Origin: Chiloscyllium plagiosum
Taxonomy: Eukaryota
Direction of reading: 5' to 3'
NCBI RefSeq assembly: GCF_004010195.1
Contig: NC_057710.1
Location: 82,072,675-82,136,674 of the forward strand
DNA: 64,000 bases
The notes beneath the pieces were generated by a model that was not told the DNA's origin, did no database searches, and saw only the letters and a program-made list of their open reading frames with translations. The translations under genes and the position numbers were made by a program. Positions 25,372-38,140 of this stretch are shown piece after piece. How positions within the stretch are numbered: position 1 is the first letter of the stretch; every line of letters starts with the position of its first letter.

Positions 25372-25520
25372 TGGTCAGGCTAATTTGCCCATAGTGTTAG
25401 GTGCATTAGTCAGGGGTAAATTTACATAGGGGAATGGGTCTGGGTGAGTTATTTTTCTGATGGTCGGTATGGACTTGTTGGGCCAAATGTTTCCATACTG
25501 TAGGGAATCTAATCTAATCA
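25372..25520 (+). mobile_element. HE1 SINE 3' half
   Basis: Matches 4474-4552 and 4730-4843. Confidence 0.85.
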
Positions 25521-25685
25521 AAAAAATTCCTCAATTGCATGATAGACAGAACATCCTTTTTATTTAATGGAAGCATCATGTCAGTGGAGAACACATGTTA
25601 GGTCATGTTGATACTGCATAGTGGCAGCATAAGACAGCTAGTTGCAGCTTTCACTTGCCAACCATATAGTGTAGAGAGGACCAAG

Positions 25686-25842
25686 TTACTGCAGATGCTG
25701 GAAGCTGTACTGAAAACAAAAAATGCTGGAGATCACAGTGAGTTGGGCAGCATCCACGGAGAGAAAGCTAGCTAATATTTTGAGTCGAGATGACACTTTA
25801 TCAGAGCTCTGATGAAGAGTCATCAAGACTCGAAATGTTAGG
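25686..25842. mobile_element. Penelope-derived element, fourth family, with hammerhead core
   Basis: Symmetry centre tcagagctctga (25801-25812); CTGATGA-a-GAGTC-atcaa-GACTC-GAAAtgtta at 25809-25840. Confidence 0.85.
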
Positions 25843-26230
25843 TAACATTCCAAGCATCGGAGAGATTCTACTCTGATTCTCATTAACTTCAGCTGCCATG
25901 CCTCTAGGTATTTAAAGTCATGGGTATGGACGGTACTGTCAAAGGAGGCTTAGTGAGTTACTTCAGTGAATCTAGTAGATCCTTCTGAGCATTAGAGTTG
26001 AAGAAATGAATGTTAAAGATCTTGAGCTTATCAAGTTGGCTGCTTTGTCCCAGATTGTGTCAAGATTTCTGAGTAAAACTGAAGTTTCATTGATCCAGTC
26101 ATAGAGTCAGAGAGATATACAGCACAGAAACAGACCCTTCAGTCCAACTCATCCATGCCAACCAAATATCCCAAGTCCCATTTGCCAGCATTTGGCCCAT
26201 ATCCCTCTAAACCCTTCCTATTCATATACC

Positions 26231-26338
26231 TGAAAAGCGATTTTCCTGCTCCTCGGATGCTGCCTGAACTGCTGTGCTTTTCCAGCACCACTCTAATCTA
26301 GAATCTGGTTTCCAGCATCTGCAGTCCTTGTTTTTACC
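26231..26338 (+). mobile_element. Single-arm Penelope terminus with 14-bp TSD
   Basis: TSD cctattcatatacc (26217-26230) / cctatttatatacc (26337-26350). Confidence 0.85.
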
Positions 26339-26793
26339 TATTTATATACCCATCAAGATACCTTTTAAATGCTGCAATTGTACCAGCCTCCACCAATTCC
26401 TCTGGCACCTCATTCCATGCACGTACCAGCCTTTGCATGTAGAAGTTGCTCCTTAGGTCCCTTTTATATCTTTCCCCTCTAACCCTAAATTTATGCTCCC
26501 AATGGACTCCCCCTGCACCAGGGAAAGGCCTTGTCTATTTACCCTATCCGTGCTCCTCATGATTTTGTAAACGTCTGTAAGGTCACCCCTCAGCCTCCAA
26601 TCTTCCAAGGAAAATAGCTCCAGCCTATTCAGCCTTTCACTATACCTCAAACCCTCCAACCCTAGCCACATTCTTGTAAATCTTTTCTGAGCCCTTTCAA
26701 TTTCACAACATCTTTCCTCTCGGAGGAAAACCAGAATTGCACTCAGTATTCCAAAAGTGGCCTAACCATTGATCATCACCTCCCTAATCTTAT

Positions 26794-26980
26794 AGTCGAG
26801 AGTGTGGGGCTGGAAAAGCACAGCAGGTCAGCCAACATCTGAGGAGCAGGAGAATCTGATGAAGGGCTTATGCCTGAAATATCAATTCTTCTGCTCCGTG
26901 GATGCTGCCTGACTGCTGTGCTTTTCCAGCACCACACTCTCGACTTGGATCGCCAACATCCGCAGTCCTCACTTTCTCCT
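26794..26980. mobile_element. Penelope-derived fold-back element with 16-bp TSD
   Basis: CTGATGAagggcttatgcctGAAA from 26856; TSD cctccctaatcttata (26779-26794) / cctccctactcttata (26978-26993). Confidence 0.88.
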
Positions 26981-27093
26981 CCCTACTCTTATACTCAATG
27001 CACTGACCACTAAAGGCAAGCATTCCAAATGCCTTGCAACTCCACTTTCAAGGGATGATGAACCTGCACTCCAAGGTCTCTTTGTTCAGCAAC

Positions 27094-27583
27094 AATTATC
27101 CAGTTCAGTTTCTGGTCAATGGTAACCCCCAGGATATTGATAATGGGATATCCAGTGATGGTTCTACCATTAACCATCAAATGATGATTGTTGAATTCCA
27201 TCTTATTGGAGATGGTAAATGCCTGGCATTGTCTAATACAAAGATTCCTTGTCTACTTGTCAACTCAAAACTGAACGTTGTTCAAATCTTCTTGCATATG
27301 AATACAGGTTGTTTCAGTATGCAGAAAGTGAGACTGCAGATGCTGGAGATCAGAGTCGAACAGTGTGGTGCTGGAAAAGCACGCCAGTCAGACAGTATCT
27401 GAGGAGCTGGAGAGTCACGTTTCAGGCATAAGCCCCTCATCAGACATGAGTCTCATTCCTGATGAAGGGTTTATGCCCAAAACATCAACTCTCCTACTCC
27501 TCAGATGCTGCCTGACGGCTGTGCATTTCTAGCACCACACTGTTCGAGACTGCCTCAGTAGGTAAGGAGACATGAATGGTGCT
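27094..27583 (-). mobile_element. CR1/L2-group LINE fragment (family of 30722-31945); also 25860-26097
   Basis: NGRTITGYPIINILGVTIDQKLNW, similar to 31270-31340. Confidence 0.75.
27323..27547. mobile_element. Penelope-derived fold-back element
   Basis: tcgaacagtgtggtgctgg...ctagcaccacactgttcga; CTGATGA at 27459. Confidence 0.88.
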
Positions 27584-27947
27584 GGGCGAGGCAAAGGCCT
27601 AGTGGTATTATTGCTGGACTGTTCATCCAGAGACCCAGATAACATTTTGGGGACCTGGGTTCAAATCCCACCATAGCAGATAGTGGAATTTGAATTTAAT
27701 AAAAATATCTGGAACTAAGGATGTAGTGATGACCATGGATCCATTGTCAATTGTCAGAAAAAACCCATCTGGTTCACTAATGTCCTTAGGGAAGGAAACT
27801 GCTATCATTACCTGGTCTAGCCTACATGTAACTCCCACAAAAATGTGGTTAACTCTTCACTGCCCTCTGGGCAATTATAATGTACAATAAATGCTGTCTA
27901 GCTAGCAATGCCCTCATCCCATGTACAAATAAAGAAGGAAAAAAAAA
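27584..27947 (+). mobile_element. Full-length tRNA-derived SINE (central domain resembles the MetaSINE/SlmI type)
   Basis: A box ggcctagtgg, B box gggttcaaatccc (27657-27669), core catctggttcactaatgtccttagggaaggaaactgc, LINE-like tail and A-run. Confidence 0.82.
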
Positions 27948-27949
27948 GC

Positions 27950-28191
27950 AATTAACACGGTGCAGGGGCAACTGTTAACATTCCGTACCCAAGAGCCAAT
28001 TACAGAGGGATAACTTGGCATTGCTACCAATAGCAATCCAAGGGAGGCATGTGAGCACTAAGCTTGAAGTGTATAAGTTAAGACATTCTGAAGCTTGGTG
28101 TATGGATCTTTGCTGTGTGGTGTAACTGAGCTATAATAAAGGTTACCTTATACCTATCACTGAACTCTCATTGAAAAATATGAGATCTAAC
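27950..28191 (+). mobile_element. Possible LTR remnant
   Basis: CCAAT boxes, gtataag, AATAAA at about 28135, ends ctaaca. Confidence 0.35.
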
Positions 28192-28400
28192 AGAAACAGA
28201 AATTGCTGGAAAAGCTCAGCAGGTCTGGCAACATCTACATAGAGAAATCAGACTTTAACGTTTCGGGTCTCTTCCTCAGAAGTGATGGTAGCTAGGAAAA
28301 TGTTGGTTTTTATGTAGAAGATAGGGTGGGGAAAGGCGGTGAAGAGTAAATGACAGGTGGAGATAGAGCCCAATGAGAGAGAAGGACAAAGGAGTGGATT
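28192..28400 (-). mobile_element. Penelope 3' terminal fragment (family of 12446-12641)
   Basis: Minus strand ttCTGAGGAagagacccGAAAcgttaa; gctggaaaagctcagcaggtctggca terminus. Confidence 0.75.
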
Positions 28401-28839
28401 GTGATGCAATGCAGTTGGAGAGAGTGGTTGGGACTGGGTATGTGACACCGCACGGCACTGAGTGGGGATTTCAGGTGTGACAAGAGCAGCTCTCTGTGGA
28501 ACGTTGAACATCACATAGAAACCTGAGGTCCTGAGTAGATTCAGAGCACAAACTTCAGTTGGAATCCATGTAGAGTGAATCTGAGCTGGAGGCAGTCACT
28601 GAGGAATGTGACATGGTTGTGGAAATGAGTTTTAGCAAATACCTTGTCAAACACTAAGAATGACAGTGGAATTAATGTTGATTGACAAGAAAAAAGATTG
28701 AAATGGAAATCTTGTCGAAGAGAGGGGCAGAACTTTTTCAAGGTGGGTGTATCTAGAAGAGGTGAGGTAGTGAATTAAATACTAAATAAACACTGAAAGT
28801 ATTACAGATGCTGTAAATCAGAAACATTTTATTTTCAAA

Positions 28840-29700
28840 AGAGATCGAACAGATACTGATAGATTAAGTCAATGAGCAAAACTGTGATGGATGGAGTTCA
28901 ATGTTAGTAAGTGTGAGGCTAGCTGTTTTGACTGAAAAATGGTAGATTGGTGTACTTTCTAGGTGCTATGAAATGAAATGCAAAGAGATGTCCAAAGAGA
29001 TTTAGGGGTTCTGGTACATAAATCTTTAAAATGTCACAAACAGTGACAGAAAATAATCAAGAAAGCTATTGAAATTCTGGCCTTAATATCTAAAGAGCTG
29101 AAATCATAAGATTGCAAAAAATATGTTGCAGTTATACATAATACTGGTTAGTCCCTACTTGGAGTACAGTGAGCAGACCTGGAAACCACTTTCAGGAGGA
29201 TATAATGGCCTTGGGGGGAGTACACCATCAATTTAAAAGAATGACACCTGAATTTCAGGGGTTGAGTTCTGAGGAGAGATTACATAAGTTATTGATTTTC
29301 TAGAATTTAGAACATTAAGGGGTGATCTGATCAAAGTCTTGAAGATATTAAAAGGACAAGACAGCTAGATAATCTTAAGCTATTTCCACTGTTTGGAGGT
29401 TCTATAACTATAGGGCATAGTCTGAGAATTAGGACCACACCATTTATGAGAGATGTTGGGATGCATTTCTACACAGGCAGGGTGGTAAGTATTTGGAACT
29501 CTCTTCTGCAAATGGCAGTGGATGCTGAATTAGTTGTTAGTTTTAAATTCAAGGTATCTACATTTTGTTAAATACAAATATTAAGGGATAGGGCCAAAGG
29601 CAGATATGTGGAGTTAGGCCATAAATCAGCCGTGGTCTGACTGAATGATGGAATAGGCTCAAGTGATTGAATGACCTACTCCTGTTCCTCCATTCCTGTG
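28840..29700 (+). mobile_element. Old CR1 3' region
   Basis: atggagttcaatgtt..aagtgtgagg, ggggtgatctgat, and a CR1 tail gacctactcctgttcct. Confidence 0.8.
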
Positions 29701-30721
29701 TAATTTGAAGGACTGGATAATAGAGAGATCTGAATGATCATAGTGCAAGGGAGATTACAGAGGTAGGGCAGGGCAGAGTTAAGGACAGATTTGTCAACAA
29801 GGACATCCATTTTAAAGTGGAGTTGCTGTTGGGTTGTTCACTGTTAAACATCTTCATTCACCAGATTCACTGGTTTAAATTCATATCAAACAGAAATATT
29901 CAAATAAAATAATAAATTAACTGCATCCAGTTTGGAGAATCATTAGTGGCACTCAGACCAGGACTGGTAAATGCTGTTTCAAATTGTAAATACAATCTAA
30001 GAGGCACTTCCAATCAAGCTCAGCATGTAAATCTGAAGGAAAACTTAAACAGAGGTGAAATTATCTAGATGTATCTGATAATACCTCAGAGATATTTCTG
30101 GTGTCAAAGGCACTTTTCTGTTCTTACGTACAACCAATTTGAATTTGGAAAATGGAAATAGGCAGTTATAAGAATATTGAGGCAACAACACAATAAAAAA
30201 TAACACTAGTTTGTAGATTTACAGCATATAGATGAAGGGTGTGTGGCATATCAATACGCCAGAGGATTTGTGGATGTAGAAGCTACACTTCATTAGTCAG
30301 GTAGTCACTGACCTATGTCAACTGACACAGGCAGGAATTGAAGTCAAACTCCAGGTTCTCAAGTTTTCGGTGGCCTTCAACCATTATGCCATTGACTCAT
30401 TCCAGACTGCAACAGTCAGGCTTCTGTCCATCATCCAACAAGTAAATGGCCGCTGTCTTCTTTAAAAGGGGAAAGCAATAGAATACCATTCACACAAAGG
30501 CTGCTGACGAGAAGGAAGCTCCCACATTGTTAAATTTTCCCAAGTGCAGGGATTTCCTGAACCCCCTGGATTCTCCCCATCATGAACAAATTGGGTTGCA
30601 TACCTGGAAGGGTTTCCACCAGTTAAAAATTCAGGCTGGTCTGAGACCAAAGATAATGTATAATGCAGACCTACATTTCCTGGCAGAATAACACTGGTAT
30701 GGAGGGATTGTCTTATAATCA

Positions 30722-31945
30722 CCCAGTTTGGGTTCTGCCTGGATCACTCATCTCCTGACCTCATTACAGCCTTGGTTCAAGTATGGACAAAAGAGTTGAA
30801 TTCCAGAGGGGAGTGAGAGTGATAACTCTAGACATTAAGGCTGCATCTGGCCAAATGTGCCATCAAGGAGCCTTAGCAAAACTGGAATCAGTGGGAATGA
30901 TGAAGCAAACTCTCTGCTGGTTGGAGTCATAACTGGCACATAGAAAGATGGTTGTGATTGTTGTAGCTCCAGAACATCTCTGCAGGTGTTCCTCACAGTA
31001 GTGTTCTAGGCCCAACTATCTTCAGCTGCTTCATTAATAACCATCCCTCCATCGTAAGGTCAGATGTGGGGATGTTTTGTTATATTTGCACAATGTTCAC
31101 TACTATTTGTGACTCCTCGGTTACTGAAGTAGCCAATGTTCAAATACAACAAGACCTGGACAATATCAATCTTGGGCTAACAAATAGCAAGTAGCATTCA
31201 CACTGTACAAAGGCTAGGTAATGACTGTCTCCAGTAAAAGACAGTCTAATCACCACCCCTTGACATTCAATGGCATTAACATCACAGAATATCCCACTGT
31301 CAATACCTGGGGGTTACCATTGATGAGAAACTCAACTGGACTCACCATAAAAACACAGCTACAAAGGCAGGTCAGAGGCTAGGAGTACTGTGGCAAGTAA
31401 CTCACCTTCTGGCTCCCAAAGTCTATCCACCATCTACAAGGCACAAGTCAGGAGTGTGATGGAATACTCCACACTTGCCTGGATGAGTGCAGCCCCAACA
31501 ACACTCAAGAAGTGTGAAAACATTCAGGACAAAGTAGCCCACTTGATTACCATCACATCTACAAGCATCCACTCCCTCCACCACTGATGTTCGTTAGTAT
31601 TAGTGTATACAATTTACAAGATACACTGCAGAAGTTCACCAAACATCCCCAGACTGCACCTTCCAAACCCAGATCACTTTCATCTAGAAGGACAAGGGCA
31701 ACAAATACATGGGAATACCACCACCTGCAAGTTCTCTTCAAAGCCACTCACTATATTGACTTGCAAATGTATTGCCATTCATTCACTGTCGCTGGGTCAA
31801 AAACCTGGAATTCTCTCCTTCATGGCATTGTAGACTAACCTACAGCACACAGGCTGTAATGGTTCAAGAAGGCAGCTCCTTACTACCTACTCAAAGGCAA
31901 CAAAAAATGGATAAAATATGCTAGCCAGCCAGTGATACCTATGTC
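30722..31945 (+). mobile_element. CR1/L2-group LINE RT and 3' end, decayed
   Basis: QFGFCLDHSSPDLITALVQVWTKELNS, GVPHSSVLGPTIFSCFIN, QSLSTIYKAQVRSVMEYSTLAWMSAAPTTLKK. Confidence 0.88.
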
Positions 31946-31974
31946 TCACAAGAGAATAAAAGATAGCTTAGACA

Positions 31975-32352
31975 GGTCAGAAGAAGGAGAGGTGATCTCA
32001 TTGAAACATATAGGATTCTTAAGGGGTTTAACAGGGTAAGTTCTGAGAGGCTGTTTCCCCTCATGGGAGAGTTGAGGACCAGTGAGCAAAGTCTCAGAGA
32101 TGAGGGAGAATTTCTTCTCTCTGAAGGTAGTGAATCTTTGGAACTCCTTGTCACGGACAGCTGTGCAAGCAGAGCCCTTGTGTATACTTATTGCTGAGGT
32201 AGATGGTTTCTTGGTCAGTAGAGGAATTGTATGTTATGGGAAATTTGCAGAAAAGTAGACATGAGAAGTGAGGGATCTGCCATGATCCTATTGAATGTCA
32301 GAACAGGCTTGAGGGGACGATCAGTCTACTCCTGTTCTTATGTCTTATGGTC
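31975..32352 (+). mobile_element. CR1 3' end
   Basis: RRRGDLIETYRILKG; tail cttatgtcttatggtct. Confidence 0.85.
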
Positions 32353-32704
32353 TCAGTATGTTAATGTTGTCTTTAAACTGTGTCCATTCTCAATGACCTG
32401 CACCCCAAACAAATGCCTTTGATCTAGGCCAACAAGTGTCACTTTGGATCCTGGGAGATGGGGTATTCCTTCTACATCTGACATATGATCCCTGCTAGGA
32501 CTCTGGCCAATAACATGAAGTGGCAATGCAATGAGAATCACACAGACAAAAGAGCTCACTGAATGAAACATTGGTAAATGTGACTTAACGGATTCAGTCT
32601 AGCGTCAAATGACACTCCATTTTATATGGTTTCATGCTAGGTGCACCATTTTGAGGGATAAGCCACACAGCTACAATGAGAAACTGGAGTATGAAGAACT
32701 TCAA

Positions 32705-32970
32705 GAACCAACTTATATTTGTATAAAACATGGTAAAACAACCCAAAGTACATCAGTAAAAATCAAATAAATTTGACATTATTCACAAAAGGAGATAAAA
32801 ATCCAATTAATCAAATGTCAAAGTGTTAGGTTTTAAGGAATGGAATACAGGAGAAGATGGATGTATCAAGGGAGAGATTTCAGGAAATAATTTCACAAGT
32901 TAGAACTGAAGCATCTGAAAGCATAACCATCTTTGTTATAGTGATGAAAATCAGGAATGACAGAAGGACA
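32705..32970 (-). mobile_element. Old L2 3' fragment (similar pieces at 28410-28780 and 29700-29840)
   Basis: aacttatatttgtata...taggttttaaggaa...gggagagattt..ggaaataatttc pattern of L2 3' ends. Confidence 0.5.
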
Positions 32971-33007
32971 AACCCTTTTTGAATGGATTATGTTATAATG
33001 CTAATAA

Positions 33008-33010
<3 letters not shown>

Positions 33011-33038
<28 letters not shown>

Positions 33039-33040
33039 TT
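33011..33040. repeat. (CT)n microsatellite
   Basis: Direct reading. Confidence 0.9.
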
Positions 33041-33344
33041 AAACAGTACTGAACCAAAATAAAGCAGTCCAAAATCTGACTTCTTTAAAATCTGTGTGGA
33101 GATCAGGAAGGGTTTGTAAATAAGTTATGAAATTTAATTTTAAAAGAATCCTGCTCTAATAATGCATATCCACTAAGATTTTCACATTTGCATCTCGCTG
33201 TTAAAGTTGCATAATCAGAGAAACAGGAAATAGTTTATTGAAAACATTTTCTTTAAGAAAGGAGAAACTGTATAATCTATTCATCTTTCAGGAGCAGTGG
33301 GAATGTAGAATGATGAAATAAAAATTATGTGAATTGAATCACAA

Positions 33345-33700
33345 CTCTCTGGGTTCATTCCGCACTCCAAAGATCTCACTTCAGTGCCATGCCAAGTGAT
33401 GCTTACATTATTGGAAGTATCGTCTTTCAGCTGAGGCACTAAACTGAGATTTCAAGTACCTGATAAATGTAAAACATCTCAAAATGTTATTTCAGTGAGA
33501 AGTGTGAGTTTAATCTCCATTGACTGAGCTAATATTTATCCCTCAATAATCCTCACAAAATGAGATTATCTGATCTTTGCCACACTATTCCTGTTGGTGG
33601 AGGTTGCTGAATACAAACTGTATGCTATGTTTCCTCCATCACCACAGTGACTGCACTTCAGAAAGTACTTTACTGGCTATTAAACATTTTGATATATCTA
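33345..33700 (+). mobile_element. Old DeuSINE (SacSINE1/AmnSINE-like)
   Basis: gtctttcagctgag..ctaaactgag, aatatttatccctcaa, gattatctgatc, acagtgactgcacttcagaaagtactt match the Deu domain and tail as recalled. Confidence 0.78.
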
Positions 33701-33711
33701 GTAGTCATCAA

Positions 33712-33955
33712 TTAATGAATGAACCTTATTGTCACATGTACTCAATGAGTACAGTGAAAAGTTTATAAGTCTCTACTTACAGTGCCATCTTAGGTACAAA
33801 GGTAGCTCGGCACAACTTCTCAGGTTACAAGTTTAGTTACAGTGTAACAATGTCACCAACATATGGCACTATCTTAGGTACAAAGGTAGTTAAGTACAAT
33901 CCTTAGTTACAGAATAGAGAAATGAACTAAAAAAAGTTTTACATTACACCTTAGC
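33712..33955 (-). mobile_element. 3' part of an AAGATGGC-type non-autonomous element
   Basis: Minus strand ctaagatggcactgtaag...cttttcactgtactc...gtgacaataaggttcattcatt. Confidence 0.65.
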
Positions 33956-33984
33956 GGTACACATTCTAACCATAAATATTTAAA

Positions 33985-36817
33985 AGCAAGAGGACTAACA
34001 AGGAAGGCAGATGAACTCAGGGCATGGTTAGGAACATGGGACTGGGATATCATAGCAATTACAGAAACATGGCTCAGGTTAACACATCCCGAGCATGTAA
34101 GAGACTTAAATATACACCCTGGTTAGTTGTAGGTTAGATTAGTAGATAGTTGAGTTTTGTCTGTTTGTTTTTTTTTGTTGTTTTTTTTTTCCGGTTTTTT
34201 TTGTTGTTTTGTTTTTTTTGTCAAATTTTGGCTATTGTATATTTGAGCTAATTGTATATCAATGTTTGTTTATATCTGAGAGTTTTGTTTATTTTTGTAA
34301 ACTTGTAAAAATGTTAAATTTCTAATAAAAAATATCTATATAAAAAAAAAGAATAATAGGGTGGTAATTTAACTTTCCAAACATAGACTGGGATTGCCAT
34401 AGTGGTAAGGATTTAGATGGAGAAGAATTTGTTAAGTGTGTACAAGAAAATGTTCTGGTTCTATATGTGGTTGTACCTACTAGAGAAGGTGCAAAACTTG
34501 ACCTACTCTTGGGAAATAAGGCAGGGCAGGTGACTGAGGTGTCAGTGAGGGAGCACTTTGGGGCCAGAGAACATATTTTTTTAGTTTTAAAATAGTGATG
34601 GAAAAGGATAGATCAGATCTAAAATTTAAAGTTCTGAATCAGAGGAAGGCTAATTTTGACGGTATTAGACAAGAACTTTCAAAAGTTGATTGGGGACAGA
34701 TGTTTGCAGGTATAGGGATGGCTGGAAAATGGGAAGCCTTCAGAAATGAGATAACAAGAGTCCAGAGACAGTACATTCCTGTTAGGGTGAAAGGAAAAGC
34801 TGGTAGTTGTAGGGAATGCTGGATAACTAAAGAAATTGAGGGTTTGGTTAAGAAAAAGAAGGAAGCATATTCAAGTATAGACAAGATAGATCAAACGAAT
34901 CCTTAGAAAAGTATAAAGGCAGTAGGAATATACTTAAGAGGGAAATCAAGAGGGCAAAAAGTGGACATGAGATAACTTTGGCAAATAGAGTTAAGGAGAA
35001 TCCAAAGGGTTTTTACAAATACATTAAGGACAAAAGGGTAACCAGGGAGAGAATAGGACCCCTCAAAGATCAGAAAGGCGGCCTTTTTGTGGAGCCGCAG
35101 GAGATGGGGGAGAAACTAAATGAGTATTTTACATCAGTATTTACTGTGGAAAAGGATATGGAAGATATAGAATGTAGGCAAATAAATGATGACATCTTGA
35201 AAAATGACCATATTACAGAGGAGGAAGTGCTGGACGTCTTGAAATGCATAAAAGTGGATAAATCCCCAGGACCTAATCAGATGTACCCTAGAATCCTGTG
35301 GAAAGCTAGAGAAATGATTGCTGGGCCTCTTGCTGAGATATTTGTATCATCGATAGTCACAGGTAAGGTGCCAGAAGACTGGAGGTTGGCTAATGTGGTG
35401 CCACTATTTAAGAAGTGTGGTAAGGACATGCCAGAGAATTATAGACTATTGAGCCTGACATCGGTGGTGGGCAAATTGTCGGAAGGAATCCTGAGGGACA
35501 GGATATACATGTATTTGGAAAGGTAAGGACTGATTAGGGATAGTCAACGTGGCTTTGTGCATGGGAAATCATGTCTCACAAACTTGATTGAGTTTTTTGA
35601 AGAAGTAACAAAGAGGATTGATGAGGGCTGAGTGGTAGACATGATCTATATGGACTTCAGTAAGGCGTTTGACAAGGTTCCCCATGGGAGACTGGTTATC
35701 AAGGTTAGATCTCATGGAATACAGCCATTTGGATACAGACCTGGCTCAAAGGCAGAAGACAAAGGACGGTGGTGGAGGGCTGTTTTTCAGACTGGAGGCC
35801 TGTGACCAGTGGAGTGCCACAAGGATTGGTGCTTTGTACACTTTTTATCATTTATATAAATGATTTGAATGTGAGCATAAGAGGTATAGTCAGTAAGTTT
35901 GCAGATGACACCAAACTTGGTGGTGTAGTGGACAGCAAAGAAGGTTACCTGAGATTACAATGGGATCTTGATCAGATGGGCCAATGGGCTGAGAAGTGGC
36001 AGATGGAGTTTAATTCAAATAAATGCGAGGTGCTGCATTTTGGGAAAGCAAATCTTAGCAGGACTTATACACTTAATGGTAAGATCCTCGGGATTGTTGC
36101 TGAACAAAGAGACCTTGGAGTACAAGTCATAGCTCTGTGAAAGTGGAGTCGCAGGTAGATAGGATAGTGAAGAAGGTGTTTAGTTTGCTTTCCTTTATTG
36201 GTCAGAGTATTGAGTACAGGAGTTGGGAGGTCATGTTGCTGCTGTACAGGACATTGGTTAGGCCACTGTTGGAATATTGTGTACAATTCTGGTCTCATTG
36301 CTATTGGAAGGATTTGTGAAATTTGAAAGGGTTCAAAAAAGATTTACAAGGATGTTACCAGGGTTGGAGGATTTGAGCTATAGGGATAGGTTGAATAGGC
36401 TGGGACTGTTTTCCCCAGAGCATCAGAGGCTTAGGGGTGACCTTATAGAGGTTTATAAAATCATGAGTGGCATGGATAAGAAAAATAGACAAAGTGTTTT
36501 CCCTGGTGTGGAGGAGTCCAGAACTAGAGGACATAGGTTTAGGGTGAGATGGGAAAGATATAAAAGAGACTTAAGGGGCAATGTTTTCTCACAAAGGGTG
36601 GTACGTGTATGGAATGAACTGCCAGAGGAAGTGGTGGAGGCTAGTATGATTGCAACATTTAAAATGCATCTTGGTATATGAATAGGAAGGGTTTGGAGGT
36701 ATATGGGCTGGGTGCTGGCTGGTGGGACTAGATTGGGTTGGGATATCTGGTTGGCATGGACGGGTTGGACTGAAGGGTCTATTTCTGTGCTGTACATCTC
36801 TATGACTCTATGACTCA
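33985..36817 (+). mobile_element. About 2.8-kb CR1 ORF2 (EN, RT and 3' tail), decayed
   Basis: KADELRAWLGTWDWDIIAITETWL; ORFs 34595-36681; FADDTK; tail ctctatgactctatgactc. Confidence 0.95.
34078..34350 (+). mobile_element. Polyadenylated insert (L1/Tx1-like 3' UTR or retrocopy tail) inside CR1
   Basis: GT/T-rich tract, AATAAA at 34324-34329, then an A-run ending at 34350. Confidence 0.7.
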
Positions 36818-37567
36818 TAAGTCATAAAAACAAGAGGCAAAGTTAAAAAGACAAACATCACCGTACGTCTCCAAGGGCAGGGGCATATATATCTAAGCAG
36901 TTCATAGATTTCATCCAGTACAAACTGCCAAATCAGCATTCACAGGATTGCCATATTTAACATTTAACAGATTTAACACACCGACATTTTTAATTTAAGA
37001 AAGACTTCCCACAAATTTCTTTTCCTCCAATCCTGTTGCGGAGCATTGACTTGAATGTGCCTTTCTTAGAGATAAAAAGACCTGTTTAAACTCAGCCTTG
37101 TTCCTCAATATTATATAATCAAGCAGAGAATTTACATAATTGTAAGACAGTGAGATATTTAAATAAGTTGAACCTGCTGCTTTTCCCCAAAGACAAGAAG
37201 CAAAGCAGCAAGACAGTATAAACAGAAAACATTAGAAATCTCAGCAGATTAAGCAGTAACCTCCCTGTACAATAGCAAATTGAGTACATCTTAGTGTCAT
37301 AGTAGCTAATTGCTGCCAACTTCCCTTTTCCTTCTGCTGAAGAAAGTAAATGTGACACTAAAGTAGCAGCCAAGCCTAACGGCTCTGCAGAGAAAGGTGT
37401 GTTTTGGGGTGCTTTGGCAGTGGTCACTTTGGCAGTTACATTTGATAGCCAAACATCAAGAGATGTTAAATGATATAAAATTGAAGGCTTGTCCTTTTTC
37501 GTTCCATTACCCTGGAAGAACCTCTTAATTACAGGCGTTGCGACGAGTAAGAGGTGCATCAATAGAA

Positions 37568-38140
37568 ATAAGACCATAAGACATAGGAATGAAAGTAAGG
37601 CCATTCGGCCCATCATGTCCACTCTGCCATTTAATCATGACTGATGGACATTTCAACTCCACTTACCTGCATTCTCCCTGCTGCCTTTAATTCCTTGCGG
37701 GATCAAGAATTTATCAATCTCTGCCTTGAAGAAATTTAATATTCAGCCTCCACTGCCCTCCATGGCAATGAAGTCTCATGCCCACCACAAGAAATGTCTC
37801 CTCATTTCCGTTCTAAATTGACCCCCTCTAATTCTAACGCTGTGCCCACAGGTCTGAGTCTCCCCGCCTAACAGAAACAAATTCCCAGCGTCCACCCTTT
37901 CTAAGCTATGCATTATCTTTTAAGTTTATATTAGATCTCCCCTCAACCTTTGAAACTCTAATGAATACAATCCCAGGATCCTCAGCCTTTCATCTTTTGT
38001 AAGGCCTACCATTCCAAGGATCATCCGTGTGAATCTCGGCTAGACACACTCCAGTGCCAGTATGTCCTTCCTGAGGTGTGGGGCCCAAAACTGAACACAG
38101 TATCCTAAATTGGGACCAACCAGAGCTCTATAAAGTCTCA
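37568..38140 (-). mobile_element. CR1 3' end (subfamily related to 18479-21686)
   Basis: Reverse complement resembles 21110-21686. Confidence 0.88.

Larger units (their letters stand above)
26098..27093 (-). mobile_element. CR1 3' portion carrying two Penelope-derived inserts
   Basis: ORF 26453..26671 LEGLRYSERLNRLELFSLE; AEQRDLGVQVH near 27050. Confidence 0.9.

Noticed and set aside
37119..37622. 167-aa minus-strand ORF as a host gene
   Set aside because: It starts inside a CR1 tail, and no recognisable homology or convincing donor was found.
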